NCBI GenBank assembly: GCA_030632085.1
Contig: DAOVJY010000001.1
Location: forward strand, 271,402 to 335,401
From: Candidatus Omnitrophota bacterium
GTDB lineage: Bacteria; Omnitrophota; Gorgyraeia; JAGLLT01
DNA length: 64,000 bases
Direction of reading: 5' to 3'
A program made the translations under genes and the position numbers. The notes beneath the pieces were generated by a model. It did not search any database and was not told the DNA's origin. It worked only from the letters and a program-made list of their open reading frames with translations. How positions within the stretch are numbered: the stretch's first letter is position 1; the number at the start of each line of letters is the position of its first letter. This document shows positions 19,800-29,581 of this stretch, piece by piece.

Positions 19800-21107
19800 T
19801 TAAAACTCAATACTTAATAAACTCTCTTCTGATTCATCAACACCATTATCTTCTAAATTCTCACCCACACAATAGATTATTTTATCTTTTTTTGAATATT
19901 TGATTGGTTCGCCGTTATATGGATCTATTGGAACCTGGTCAAAATAAGCAGGTACAAGCTCATCCAGACTCTCGGGTAACTGTCCACACTCATCCTTGTA
20001 GGCCTTTAAAGCAATGAGGATTTGGGTAGTGCGTAGTTCAAAAATGTCTTTGTATTTCTGAGCAATACCCATCTCTAAGCCTGGTATACATAAAGTACAA
20101 GTAAGTTCACCCCAAAAGTTTTCTGTATACCACATTTCGCGTATCTGTTCAGGCATCCAATCTTTCGTTTCCCAGGCCTGCGCAAACTGTTCTGGATTGT
20201 CAATTTTTCCCAGGCCTTCAAAATATTGACTTGCATTTTCTATAGTTATGTCAAGATTAATAAATTTGACGTCTTTATAGTATCTTTTGCCAGCATTTTC
20301 AATTAAAATTCTAGTTATATCAGCAAATTTTCTCTTGGTTTTATTGGGCTTGAAGTAAACTTTAGTTAATAATTTCTTATACATCGACTTGTTTTTAGCC
20401 TCTTTAGCACTTCCTTTTGCAATAATGTTTATAGTCCACAACATAATATACTTATACTCCACCTGACATACCTGCTTCAGAGCTTCTTTGCTATCTTCAT
20501 ATTGGGTAAGTTGTCTAATTATGCTTTTATATTCTTTTTTGGATAAATTTATCTCAGAGTTTATTTTTAAAACCTCCTTAGTTCCTATGCTTTTGATAAC
20601 TGATCCTATCATATAATTAACCAAACCACCTTTTGCATGTTGTATCATATCTCCAAATTTAATAACTCTGAATATTTCATCAAGAGTCACTTTTTGCTCG
20701 CCTTGCTTTATAAGATATTTTGATTTTAAAATAGAAAGTTGAGCTATATTTAGCCATGAGAAAATATAATCTAATGGTTCTATTAAACCTTGAGTGTATT
20801 CAGGCACCTGGAATTTATCCTTGGTTAAACCTTCTTCAAAATACTCAAAAGTTTTTTTATTTTTATCAAGTATTTCTTTTGCAAATTCCACATCCTCATC
20901 TTTTATACCCTCTTCTAACATTTCATATATTCTATCTTTTTCACTTTCCGGAAAATACATCGCTTGATTTGCTTTATCAAAATAATAAAAAGCGTTTTGT
21001 TTTTGAGGGATGTCTTCATAAATCAAGGCAAGATCAGAATCATCAATTGGGAGCATATCCAAAGTTAGATAAATTACACCACCGATTACAATAAGAATGG
21101 CCGTCAT
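19800..21107 (-). CDS. Hypothetical membrane-anchored protein with pseudopilin-G-like C-terminal motif
   Basis: N-terminal TM; ALKAYKDECGQLPESLDELVPAYFDQVPIDPYNGEPIKY..YCVG. Confidence 0.7.
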   Translation of the reverse strand: MTAILIVIGGVIYLTLDMLPIDDSDLALIYEDIPQKQNAFYYFDKANQAMYFPESEKDRIYEMLEEGIKDEDVEFAKEILDKNKKTFEYFEEGLTKDKFQVPEYTQGLIEPLDYIFSWLNIAQLSILKSKYLIKQGEQKVTLDEIFRVIKFGDMIQHAKGGLVNYMIGSVIKSIGTKEVLKINSEINLSKKEYKSIIRQLTQYEDSKEALKQVCQVEYKYIMLWTINIIAKGSAKEAKNKSMYKKLLTKVYFKPNKTKRKFADITRILIENAGKRYYKDVKFINLDITIENASQYFEGLGKIDNPEQFAQAWETKDWMPEQIREMWYTENFWGELTCTLCIPGLEMGIAQKYKDIFELRTTQILIALKAYKDECGQLPESLDELVPAYFDQVPIDPYNGEPIKYSKKDKIIYCVGENLEDNGVDESEESLLSIEF

Positions 21108-21150
21108 TATAATTATAATTATTGTTTTTCTTATCTTCTTTTCCTTTTCT

Positions 21151-22239
21151 TTAAATAAAATCCTTAATCCTTAAAATCTCTTTTTTAATCTCTTCGACTA
21201 CTCTTTCATAAACTTCCAGGCTTTGACCTATTGGATCAGCAATTTCAAAATTAGTCCCGCCGGATGAATCTTTATATTTCCTTAAAAGAAATACCTTGTC
21301 GCTTATTTCCGGAAGAACGTCCAAAATATAATTTTTATGCCTTGTTTGCATAACTAAAATAACGTCGGCTCTTTTAATCATTCCCAAAGTTATATGTTTG
21401 CTTCTTTCGCCTGAAACATCAATCTGTTCCCTTTGCATAACTTCTATGGTTTCCTTAGTGGGAGCAAATCCGTTAATAGCCGCCGTCCCGGCGGAATCAA
21501 CAATAACCTCTTTGCGATGCTCTAATACTTTTTTAAGAAAACCCTTGGCCATAACACTGCGGCAACTGTTTCCCGTACAAATCACAAGTACATTTTTTAC
21601 CTTTAAGAACTTACCTTCAGCCGAAAATTCTTTATTTAACTGCCTGCTGTCAATAACCCCTTCTCTTAAAACCAAATAAGGCTCCTGAGTTAGGTCAACA
21701 ATAGCTGACTCCACCTCATTAGCCCCACTTTCAACCTCAATAATCCCTTCAATAATTCCCTCGAAACTTACAATTACATCCTGAACACCTCTGGGTGCCG
21801 GCTCTCCCGAGAAGTTCGCGCTAGGAACATATAAAGGCAAGCCGCACTCCCTTAAAACCTCCAGGGCAATCTCATCCCGGGGTATTCTAAAGGCCAACTT
21901 ATCTTTATTCTTGCTTTTTAATATTATTGTAAGGGGTCCCGGCCAGAACTTATTCATCAGAACCCGGGCATCTTCATTAATTTCAACATTAAATTCATCC
22001 AACTTGTCTATAGATGAAATCTGAATGACAAAAGGTTTTGTTAATGGCCGGCGTTTTATATCATAAAGTCTCTTGACCGCTTCCTTGTTTCGGCTACTCA
22101 CCGCCAGGCCGTAAACCGTATCTGTCGGCAGCGCTAAAAGTCCGCCTGATATTAATATTTCAGAGGCCCGCTTTATTTTATCAGCATCAATCTTTTCATA
22201 ATCCAGTTTAAATATCTGTGTTTTAGGCATCTGCTTCAC
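21151..22239 (-). CDS. TsaC/Sua5 threonylcarbamoyl-AMP synthase fused to LMW protein phosphatase
   Basis: PTDTVYGL, WPGPLT, PSANFSG, then CTGNSCRS P-loop and IADPIG. Confidence 0.92.
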   Translation of the reverse strand: MKQMPKTQIFKLDYEKIDADKIKRASEILISGGLLALPTDTVYGLAVSSRNKEAVKRLYDIKRRPLTKPFVIQISSIDKLDEFNVEINEDARVLMNKFWPGPLTIILKSKNKDKLAFRIPRDEIALEVLRECGLPLYVPSANFSGEPAPRGVQDVIVSFEGIIEGIIEVESGANEVESAIVDLTQEPYLVLREGVIDSRQLNKEFSAEGKFLKVKNVLVICTGNSCRSVMAKGFLKKVLEHRKEVIVDSAGTAAINGFAPTKETIEVMQREQIDVSGERSKHITLGMIKRADVILVMQTRHKNYILDVLPEISDKVFLLRKYKDSSGGTNFEIADPIGQSLEVYERVVEEIKKEILRIKDFI

Positions 22240-23035
22240 CGGTCTGCAAACAATAAACCTTCTTTAAGAACCCGGCTACCGCTTTTACATTTTTAAGCTT
22301 ATACATTGCCTTTGATTTCTTGTTAGTACCTATATGGATACTTACATCTCTTTTGCTCATCACCTCAAAAACATCTTCATCGGTTACATCATCACCCAAA
22401 TATATCAATACGGGCGCTTCCTTAAGATGCATTTTTTTAAGCTTTAAAACAGCCGTACCTTTATTTTGATTTTGCGGCAGCCTTATCTCCAACACCTTCT
22501 TGCCCTTCGTAACCCTCACCAACTTCTTTTTTTCAATTTCATGAGTAACCTCACCGAAAATCCTTTTAGCTATCAAGGCATTCTTCTTATCGGCCATACG
22601 ATAATGTAAGCTGAGTGAATACTTTTTATCTTCTAACCAAACACCTTCATAGGGCTTTATCTTTTTTCTTAAAATACCAACTATATCTTTAAGCAACTTA
22701 AGTGATTTTTTTATTTTATTCTCAGATAAAATTTCTACTTTGCGGCTCTTTGGTTTTTTTAATTCTAAGCCATGGTTACCCACATAATAGACATCCTTCA
22801 ATTTAAGATGCTTTTTTACATCAGCTACCGGCCGGCCACTGACAAAACCCAAAATGATTCCTTTGGTTCTATTCAGTTTTTTTAGGATGGATTTAATATC
22901 TCTATCTACTTCGACTAAATCGGGATGGTTTACTATGGGGCATAAAGTACCATCAAAGTCTAGAAGAAGAAATATGGAGGTACTTTTTTTAATTTTCGCG
23001 GATACGGTTTTCCAGCTCTTAAATAAATCCTTCAT
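22223..23035 (-). CDS. otsB: Trehalose-6-phosphate phosphatase
   Basis: LDFDGTL, SGR, GNHGLE, LHYR, GDDVTDED. Confidence 0.95.
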   Translation of the reverse strand: MKDLFKSWKTVSAKIKKSTSIFLLLDFDGTLCPIVNHPDLVEVDRDIKSILKKLNRTKGIILGFVSGRPVADVKKHLKLKDVYYVGNHGLELKKPKSRKVEILSENKIKKSLKLLKDIVGILRKKIKPYEGVWLEDKKYSLSLHYRMADKKNALIAKRIFGEVTHEIEKKKLVRVTKGKKVLEIRLPQNQNKGTAVLKLKKMHLKEAPVLIYLGDDVTDEDVFEVMSKRDVSIHIGTNKKSKAMYKLKNVKAVAGFLKKVYCLQTGEADA

Positions 23036-23039
23036 TTTT

Positions 23040-24521
23040 TTAGTATAGATAAAATTTTGATAATTCCAAAATAACGGTTGCCGCCCATTTATAAATATTA
23101 TTTTCAGAAACTATATCTCTTAGAACTTTCATTCTCTTTTCTTTTTCTTTGGCGGACATGTCTATAGAGCACTTCAAAGCTTCTACAAATTCATTAATAT
23201 TATAAGGGTTAATAAAAATAGCCTCCTGTAATTCTCGGGCAGAGCCGGTAAACTGGCTTAAAATAACCGTTCCCTTGTTATCAAACTTCGAGGCAATATA
23301 TTCTTTGGCGACTAAATTCATGCCATCATGCAGTGAGCTAATAACAATAACATCAGAAATACGGTAAAAAGCCAAGATATCCTTATAAGGAATGAACTCC
23401 TTTGAAAAAACAATAGGCGCCCATTCACTCGTCGAATGTTTCCAGTTGATTTCACCTACCAAGCGGTTAATTTCACTGTTAATGTTCGCGTACGACTTTA
23501 AAAGAATACGGCTGACAGCTCCAATCTGCACAAAAACAACTTTTTCTTTATATTGCGGGTATTTATCCAGGAACTTATCAAAAGCAATAAGTCTCTCCGG
23601 AATACCTTTAGTATAATCAATCCTGTCACAGCCCAGGAATATGATTTTATTTTCTAAGGATAGTTCTTTTTTAAGCTCGTTAGCTCTTTCTTCAGTTTCT
23701 TTTGAGGTTACCTGGTTCTCGATATCCTGAGCATCAACACTTATAGGAAATGACCTAACCAGAGTTTCGTGGCCTTCTTTGATAATAGAGTTTCTTTCCC
23801 TGTCGGTTTTGGCCTCCACTTCTCTCTCAACCGTATCAATAAAGTTATCAGCATGGTACCTGATGTGAAAACCAACCATATCATTAGCTAAAATCCCATC
23901 AATAATTTCTTTCCTAAAGGGACAAATTCTAAAAACTTCCGGATTAGGCCAGGGTATATGCCAGAAATAAGCGCAGATGACGTGGGGATTTTTCTCTTTG
24001 ATGTATTTGGCAACCAGAGCCATATGAAAATCCTGCAGCCAGACAATAGTCTTCTTTTTATCTGAATGATTAATCTCACTTAAAACGGCATCAGCAAATT
24101 TCTTATTAACCTTTTTATACTGTTGCCAGTCGCTTTCTCTAAAAACCGGCCTGGTATAAGAAATGTGGCATAAAGGCCAGAGCGTCTCATTGGCAAAGCC
24201 ATAATAATAACCTTTTTCTTCTTCCTTATCAAGCCAGACCCTTTTTAGAGTATATCGCGGGTTTTCAACCGGTACTTTAATTTTTCCGTCTCTATCAACT
24301 ACTTTTTTATCACCGTTACCGCTTCCATGCGCAATCCAAGTGCCACCACAGGCTTTCATAATTGGATCAAGCGCGGTTACAGCGCCGCCGGTCGGCCTCC
24401 AAACAACAATCTTATCCTCTTTCATAATATGGATATAGGGCTCTCTATTAGAGACAACTATCAGGTTGTACTCTCCTAATTCACTTACAATTGTATTTTT
24501 TAAATCCTCTTTTGTATACAT
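23040..24521 (-). CDS. otsA: Trehalose-6-phosphate synthase (GT20)
   Basis: VSNREP, LWPLCH, HIPWP, DRIDYTKG, DGMNLVAKE. Confidence 0.96.
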   Translation of the reverse strand: MYTKEDLKNTIVSELGEYNLIVVSNREPYIHIMKEDKIVVWRPTGGAVTALDPIMKACGGTWIAHGSGNGDKKVVDRDGKIKVPVENPRYTLKRVWLDKEEEKGYYYGFANETLWPLCHISYTRPVFRESDWQQYKKVNKKFADAVLSEINHSDKKKTIVWLQDFHMALVAKYIKEKNPHVICAYFWHIPWPNPEVFRICPFRKEIIDGILANDMVGFHIRYHADNFIDTVEREVEAKTDRERNSIIKEGHETLVRSFPISVDAQDIENQVTSKETEERANELKKELSLENKIIFLGCDRIDYTKGIPERLIAFDKFLDKYPQYKEKVVFVQIGAVSRILLKSYANINSEINRLVGEINWKHSTSEWAPIVFSKEFIPYKDILAFYRISDVIVISSLHDGMNLVAKEYIASKFDNKGTVILSQFTGSARELQEAIFINPYNINEFVEALKCSIDMSAKEKEKRMKVLRDIVSENNIYKWAATVILELSKFYLY

Positions 24522-25573
24522 TAAGTTTTATTTTCCTTCATATAAACGTCTGTAATGGGAAATGGAATAATAATGTTTTCTTTATTATACCTTGCGTGTA
24601 AACGCTTAATAAATTCATGCTTAATGAGATAATTATCCACGAACTCCTTGCACCTTAAAATAACTGAAAAGTTAATACTAAAATCATCAAAGGTATGATA
24701 CCTGATAAAAGGCTTAAATTCTATAACTCCACCCTGAATTTCTTTTAAAGTTTCTTCTCCTACTTCGATAGTTACTCTTTCCACCTTCTTTAAATCACTC
24801 TCATAATGAACGCCCACCTGGATTAAAACCGACATTTCCGTCTCAGGCATATAATAATTAGTAAGAACCGATTGGCCCAGTTTTGAATTTGGAATTATAA
24901 CAATATTGTTCGGCAGCATTCTCACTTTAGTTGCCCTCCAACCGATATCAACTACATAGCCTTCCTCTCCGCTTTCAAGTTTAATAAAATCACCAATTCT
25001 TACGTGCTTGGCGATGGTCACATATATACCGCTAAAAATATTAGTTAACGTTTCCTGTAGGGCTAAAGCCACAGCAATACCACCAACACCCAGAGTACCT
25101 AAAATAGGCGTAATAGAAATACCTAAGGAACGCAGAATAATTAAGGAACCAATTAAAAAGATAACCATGCGGGTAATATTCTTGGTAAGGCTGCTTATCG
25201 CCAAGGCGCCTTCCTCTTTTTCAGCTAAAAGACTTAAAGCCGTTGAGAATATATTAGCCGCCGCTACAGTTATAGTTAAAATCACAGCTGTGATGAGTAA
25301 CTTACCCATGAAGTTGGTCTGGGTAACAGCTATGCCCCACATATCAAGGGCAATATATAAACCTATGATAAAAGCCCAGAAAGGAAGCCAGCGCCTTAAG
25401 TTCTCAATTAAAACATCATCCCATTTAATCCTGGTCCTCTTAACCCAGGCCAATAGATATTTTGATACCAAAAATCTTAAAATAACGCCCAATAACAAAG
25501 AAAGGGCGATAACTAATAACGGTAATACCGCTTTAAATGTAGGATTTTCAATTATAGACTGGAAGTTCTGCAT
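24521..25573 (-). CDS. mscS: Small-conductance mechanosensitive channel
   Basis: GVGGIAVALALQETLTN, IGD, IGWRAT, IPNS, IPFP. Confidence 0.93.
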   Translation of the reverse strand: MQNFQSIIENPTFKAVLPLLVIALSLLLGVILRFLVSKYLLAWVKRTRIKWDDVLIENLRRWLPFWAFIIGLYIALDMWGIAVTQTNFMGKLLITAVILTITVAAANIFSTALSLLAEKEEGALAISSLTKNITRMVIFLIGSLIILRSLGISITPILGTLGVGGIAVALALQETLTNIFSGIYVTIAKHVRIGDFIKLESGEEGYVVDIGWRATKVRMLPNNIVIIPNSKLGQSVLTNYYMPETEMSVLIQVGVHYESDLKKVERVTIEVGEETLKEIQGGVIEFKPFIRYHTFDDFSINFSVILRCKEFVDNYLIKHEFIKRLHARYNKENIIIPFPITDVYMKENKT

Positions 25574-25645
25574 AAAACACCTCTTTAATTACTTTTACTT
25601 ACACTATAACAATTACTTATACTTAAAATCAAGGAAAACCTTAAA

Positions 25646-26128
25646 TTAAAACTTTATTTTAAGTATAGCTTTAGCCATTTCTTTCTTGTGGCTTTCAAGT
25701 TTTTTCGCAAGTTTAGTATCCAAAAGGGCTAAAATCTCTATGGCATATAAAGCCGCATTCTTAGCCCCCGTAGAACCAATAGCCATACAAGCCACCGGTA
25801 CACCGGAGGGCATCTGGACCGTTGAAAACAAGGAGTCAATGCCTTTTAAATCCCTGGTGTCCATAGGTACACCAATAACCGGCAAAATAGTATGTGCCGC
25901 GATTACTCCGGCTAAATGAGCCGCCTTACCGGCCAAGGCAATAATAACTTTAATGCCTTTGCCTTTTGCTTTTTCTATATAAATAGCTGTAGCTTTTGGA
26001 GTCCTATGAGCGGATAAAACCTTCATCTCATATTGAACTTTAAAATCTTTCAAAATTTTTTCTGCCTCTTGTGCAACTTTTAAATCAGACTTACTACCCA
26101 TAATAATAGCTACATCAACTTTTTTCAT
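25646..26128 (-). CDS. purE: N5-CAIR mutase
   Basis: IMGSKSD, SAHRTP, AHLAG, VQMPSGVPV. Confidence 0.98.
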   Translation of the reverse strand: MKKVDVAIIMGSKSDLKVAQEAEKILKDFKVQYEMKVLSAHRTPKATAIYIEKAKGKGIKVIIALAGKAAHLAGVIAAHTILPVIGVPMDTRDLKGIDSLFSTVQMPSGVPVACMAIGSTGAKNAALYAIEILALLDTKLAKKLESHKKEMAKAILKIKF

Positions 26129-26140
26129 AAAAATCTCCTT

Positions 26141-26479
26141 CTACGAAACCATACTGCCAATAAACATTAACCCTAAAATAAGCAGGATTAAACAACCGTT
26201 AAAAATAAGGCCTAAAACTCCGAATAATTTCTTGGCCTTATTCTGAACAACCGCCGCAATACCCAGGCCAATACCAACTAAGTTGGCAAACATCCCCAGC
26301 ATGATCAACATCCCAACCACCATCACAACAGCTGAAGCATCACTCATCTGACCCTGAACCTCTAAAACACCGGCTGAAATAATAACAAAAAATTCGATAA
26401 CACCGGCAATCAATGAAATTACAAATGAAGCTACTCCTAAACCGGAATGTTTTAAAATATCATTTGCACTGTTTTCCAT
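26141..26479 (-). CDS. Small hypothetical membrane protein
   Basis: KHSGLGVASF N-terminus, three hydrophobic helices, GAGGAG RBS. Confidence 0.75.
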   Translation of the reverse strand: MENSANDILKHSGLGVASFVISLIAGVIEFFVIISAGVLEVQGQMSDASAVVMVVGMLIMLGMFANLVGIGLGIAAVVQNKAKKLFGVLGLIFNGCLILLILGLMFIGSMVS

Positions 26480-26496
26480 TCTTTTAACTCCTCTTT

Positions 26497-27768
26497 TTAT
26501 CTACTTACAGCTTTACGGCCAATATCTTTTCTATAATACATTTTATCGAAAAATATAAGCTCAACCGCCTTATAGGCCTTATCAATAGCTTGAGCTATAT
26601 CATCCCCTAAAGCTGTCACACCAAGCACTCTGCCGCCGCTGGTATAAAACTTATTACTTTCTTTTTTGGTGCCGGCATGATAAACAATTACATCTTTTTG
26701 TTTAGCGGCTTTATTCAAACCCGTAATTTCTTTTCCTTTTTCATAACTGCCCGGATAACCGCCCGAAGCAATAACTACACAAATACAACTTCTCTTATCC
26801 CACTTAATTTCAATTTCATCTAATTTACCGTCAACCGTTGCCTCTAAAGCTTCAAGAAAATCTGATTCTATTCTGGTTAAAACCGCCTGAGTCTCCGGAT
26901 CTCCGAAGCGAACATTATATTCTAAAAGCCGGGGGCCGTCATCTGTCATCATCAGCCCGGCATAAAGAACACCTTTATAATTTATACCTTCTTCTTTAAG
27001 AGCGTTAATGGTTGGACGGATTATATCTCTCATGATTTCATCATATAAACCATCATCTATAATTGGAGCTGGCGAATATGCACCCATGCCGCCCGTATTA
27101 GGGCCTCTGTCTTCATCGTAAATTTGTTTATGATCCTGGCTGGTTGCCAAAGGGCAGATATTGTCTCCGTCACATAAAACCAGAATAGAAACTTCTTCTC
27201 CGTAAAGACGTTCTTCGACGGTAATTCTTTTTCCGGCATCTCCAAAGGCTTTATCCTGCATCATTAAATCTACGGCTTTTTTAGCCTCACATCTGTCCGC
27301 GGCTACAACTACGCCTTTACCGGCGGCCAAACCATCAGCCTTAACAACCTGAGGTTTATCACATTTATCAATATAAGCCTTGGCCTTTTTAGGATCATCA
27401 AAAACCATATAGCCGGCTGTGGGGATATTATATTTTCTGCATAACTCCTTGGTAAAAACTTTACTAGCTTCTAAAGAAGCGGCTTTTTTGTTAGGGCCGA
27501 ATATCCTTAAATTTCTTTCTTGAAAAAGATCCACGACACCTTTAACTAAGGGAGCTTCGGGCCCGACAATAGTCAAGTCAATTTCATTCTCCGCGGCAAA
27601 GTCAGCCAGCTTCTCTATCTCATCCGCCTTAATATTAACAACTTCAGCTATATCTTCTATGCCTCCGTTACCCGGGGCAACATAAATTTTAGATAATTTT
27701 CTACTTTGTGAAATCTTCTCGACCAAGGCATGTTCTCTTCCGCCCGAGCCAACAACCAGTACTTTCAT
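26497..27768 (-). CDS. purD: Phosphoribosylamine-glycine ligase
   Basis: GSGGREHAL, KADGLAAGKGV, GPNTGGMG, RFGDPE. Confidence 0.98.
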   Translation of the reverse strand: MKVLVVGSGGREHALVEKISQSRKLSKIYVAPGNGGIEDIAEVVNIKADEIEKLADFAAENEIDLTIVGPEAPLVKGVVDLFQERNLRIFGPNKKAASLEASKVFTKELCRKYNIPTAGYMVFDDPKKAKAYIDKCDKPQVVKADGLAAGKGVVVAADRCEAKKAVDLMMQDKAFGDAGKRITVEERLYGEEVSILVLCDGDNICPLATSQDHKQIYDEDRGPNTGGMGAYSPAPIIDDGLYDEIMRDIIRPTINALKEEGINYKGVLYAGLMMTDDGPRLLEYNVRFGDPETQAVLTRIESDFLEALEATVDGKLDEIEIKWDKRSCICVVIASGGYPGSYEKGKEITGLNKAAKQKDVIVYHAGTKKESNKFYTSGGRVLGVTALGDDIAQAIDKAYKAVELIFFDKMYYRKDIGRKAVSR

Positions 27769-27781
27769 ATAACTTTTCTTT

Positions 27782-28777
27782 CTATCCGATTATAACTGAT
27801 TTCTTATTTGATTTCCTGCACATACCGATAATATAAGCATCAGTTTTTTCTTCCTTTAAAATTCGAAGAGCCTTATCGGCTTCTTTTTTTGAAACCACAA
27901 CCACCATGCCTATGCCCATATTAAAAGTACGGTACATTTCTTTCATTGAAGCCTTGGTTTTTTCCTTAAGCAAAGTGAAAACCTCGGATACCGGCCAGCT
28001 GCTCTTAAAAATTTCGCAGGTTATTGCCTTTGGTAATATCCTGATAATATTATCAAAAAATCCCCCTCCGGTTATATGAGCAATCCCTTTAATTTTTACT
28101 TTATCTTTTAGTTTCAAGATGGGTTTTACATATAATCGCGTTGGCCTATAAAATAATTTTTTATTGGCCTTAATATACTTTAGAGAAAAAGCCTTTCTTA
28201 CAAACGAGTAACCGTTAGAGTGGATTCCGTTTGAAGCCAGACCAATAATTACATCGCCATTTTTTATTTTTGAACCGTCTATGATTTCTTTTTTATCTAC
28301 TAACCCTACACAAAAACCGGCCGCGTCATATTCATCGTTTTCATAAAAACCGGGCATCTGCGCCGTCTCACCACCAAGAATAACGCAACCGGACTCTTTA
28401 CAAGCTTTAGAAATTCCTTTAATAAAGGCTGTTAAATCTTTTAGCTTAAGGCTGCTTGAGGAAACATAGTCCAGAAAAAATAAAGGCTTGGCTCCACAGG
28501 CTATCAAGTCATTAACGTTCATGGCTACCAAATCAATACCCGCCGTCTCATGCTCACCTATATAAAAAGCCAGCTTCAATTTCGTCCCTACACCATCACA
28601 ACTGGCGGCCAAAATAGGTTGCTTAATCTTTTTTAAATCCAATTGATAGAAACCGGAAAAACCCCCGATAGAACCCAAAACAGCCGGGTTACTGGTTTTG
28701 GCAAGGCTTTTAATTGAAGCGATAAGTTTATCCGCTTTAGCAATATCAACGCCTGATTTTTTATAAGTTAATGCCAT
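27782..28777 (-). CDS. purM: AIR synthetase
   Basis: YKKSGVDI, DGVGTK, GGETA, HSNG, HITGGG, FNMG. Confidence 0.98.
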   Translation of the reverse strand: MALTYKKSGVDIAKADKLIASIKSLAKTSNPAVLGSIGGFSGFYQLDLKKIKQPILAASCDGVGTKLKLAFYIGEHETAGIDLVAMNVNDLIACGAKPLFFLDYVSSSSLKLKDLTAFIKGISKACKESGCVILGGETAQMPGFYENDEYDAAGFCVGLVDKKEIIDGSKIKNGDVIIGLASNGIHSNGYSFVRKAFSLKYIKANKKLFYRPTRLYVKPILKLKDKVKIKGIAHITGGGFFDNIIRILPKAITCEIFKSSWPVSEVFTLLKEKTKASMKEMYRTFNMGIGMVVVVSKKEADKALRILKEEKTDAYIIGMCRKSNKKSVIIG

Positions 28778-28800
28778 TTCTGTCCCCTGTTGTAAATAAA

Positions 28801-29580
28801 CTATAATAAATTATTCTTAACATAATTAATCGCGTTCTTAAAGATTATATTGCCGTCAAGCGGCTTGGCGTCTTTTAATCTTTGAGCTCTGGGGTTGTGA
28901 TTCAAAATTAAAAACCTTTCCGGATGCGGCATAAGACCGAAAATCCTGCCTGTTTTATCACATATACCGGCGATATCATCCATCGAACCGTTAGGATTAT
29001 CGGGATAACTCCCCGTCTCGCCTTGGGCATTTACATATTTAAAAACAATTTGGTTATTATCACTCAAGGATTTAATAACTTCTTTATCCGCCATGAACTT
29101 ACCCTCGGCGTGAGCTATAGGCAATTCCATTAAATCCTTAATATTTTTGGTCCAAATGCAGGGACTATCAGGATTGGCTTTTAAGTATATCCACCTATCT
29201 TCAAACTTACAGCTGTCATTTAAATTCAAGGTAGCTGCCTGGCTAAAGGTATCTTTATTGGGCAAAAGCCCCGATTTAACCAATACCTGAAATCCATTAC
29301 AAATACCGATTATCAACTTGCCATCATTTATAAATTTCAAAACGCAATCTTTTAAATTAAATTTGAGTTCATTAGCCAGAATCCTGCCGGAGGCAATATC
29401 ATCACCATAAGTAAACCCGCCGGGTATAGCCAGAATATGATATGAAGATAACTTTTTCTTTTTATTCTTAAGCTGATTAATATGAACTAATTCAACTTCA
29501 GCGCCCTGCCTAATAAAAGCTTCGACTGTTTCTCTATCGCAATTGGTACCCGCCGCGCGTATGACTATTACTTTAATCAT
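28801..29580 (-). CDS. purQ: FGAM synthase glutaminase subunit
   Basis: GTNCD, PGGFTYGD, GICNGFQ, MPHPER. Confidence 0.97.
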   Translation of the reverse strand: MIKVIVIRAAGTNCDRETVEAFIRQGAEVELVHINQLKNKKKKLSSYHILAIPGGFTYGDDIASGRILANELKFNLKDCVLKFINDGKLIIGICNGFQVLVKSGLLPNKDTFSQAATLNLNDSCKFEDRWIYLKANPDSPCIWTKNIKDLMELPIAHAEGKFMADKEVIKSLSDNNQIVFKYVNAQGETGSYPDNPNGSMDDIAGICDKTGRIFGLMPHPERFLILNHNPRAQRLKDAKPLDGNIIFKNAINYVKNNLL

Positions 29581-29581
29581 T

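Noticed and set aside
25008-25649. 213-aa plus-strand ORF (and the other short antisense/overlapping ORFs in the track)
   Set aside because: Antisense shadow of mscS or other well-supported genes; no recognisable motifs
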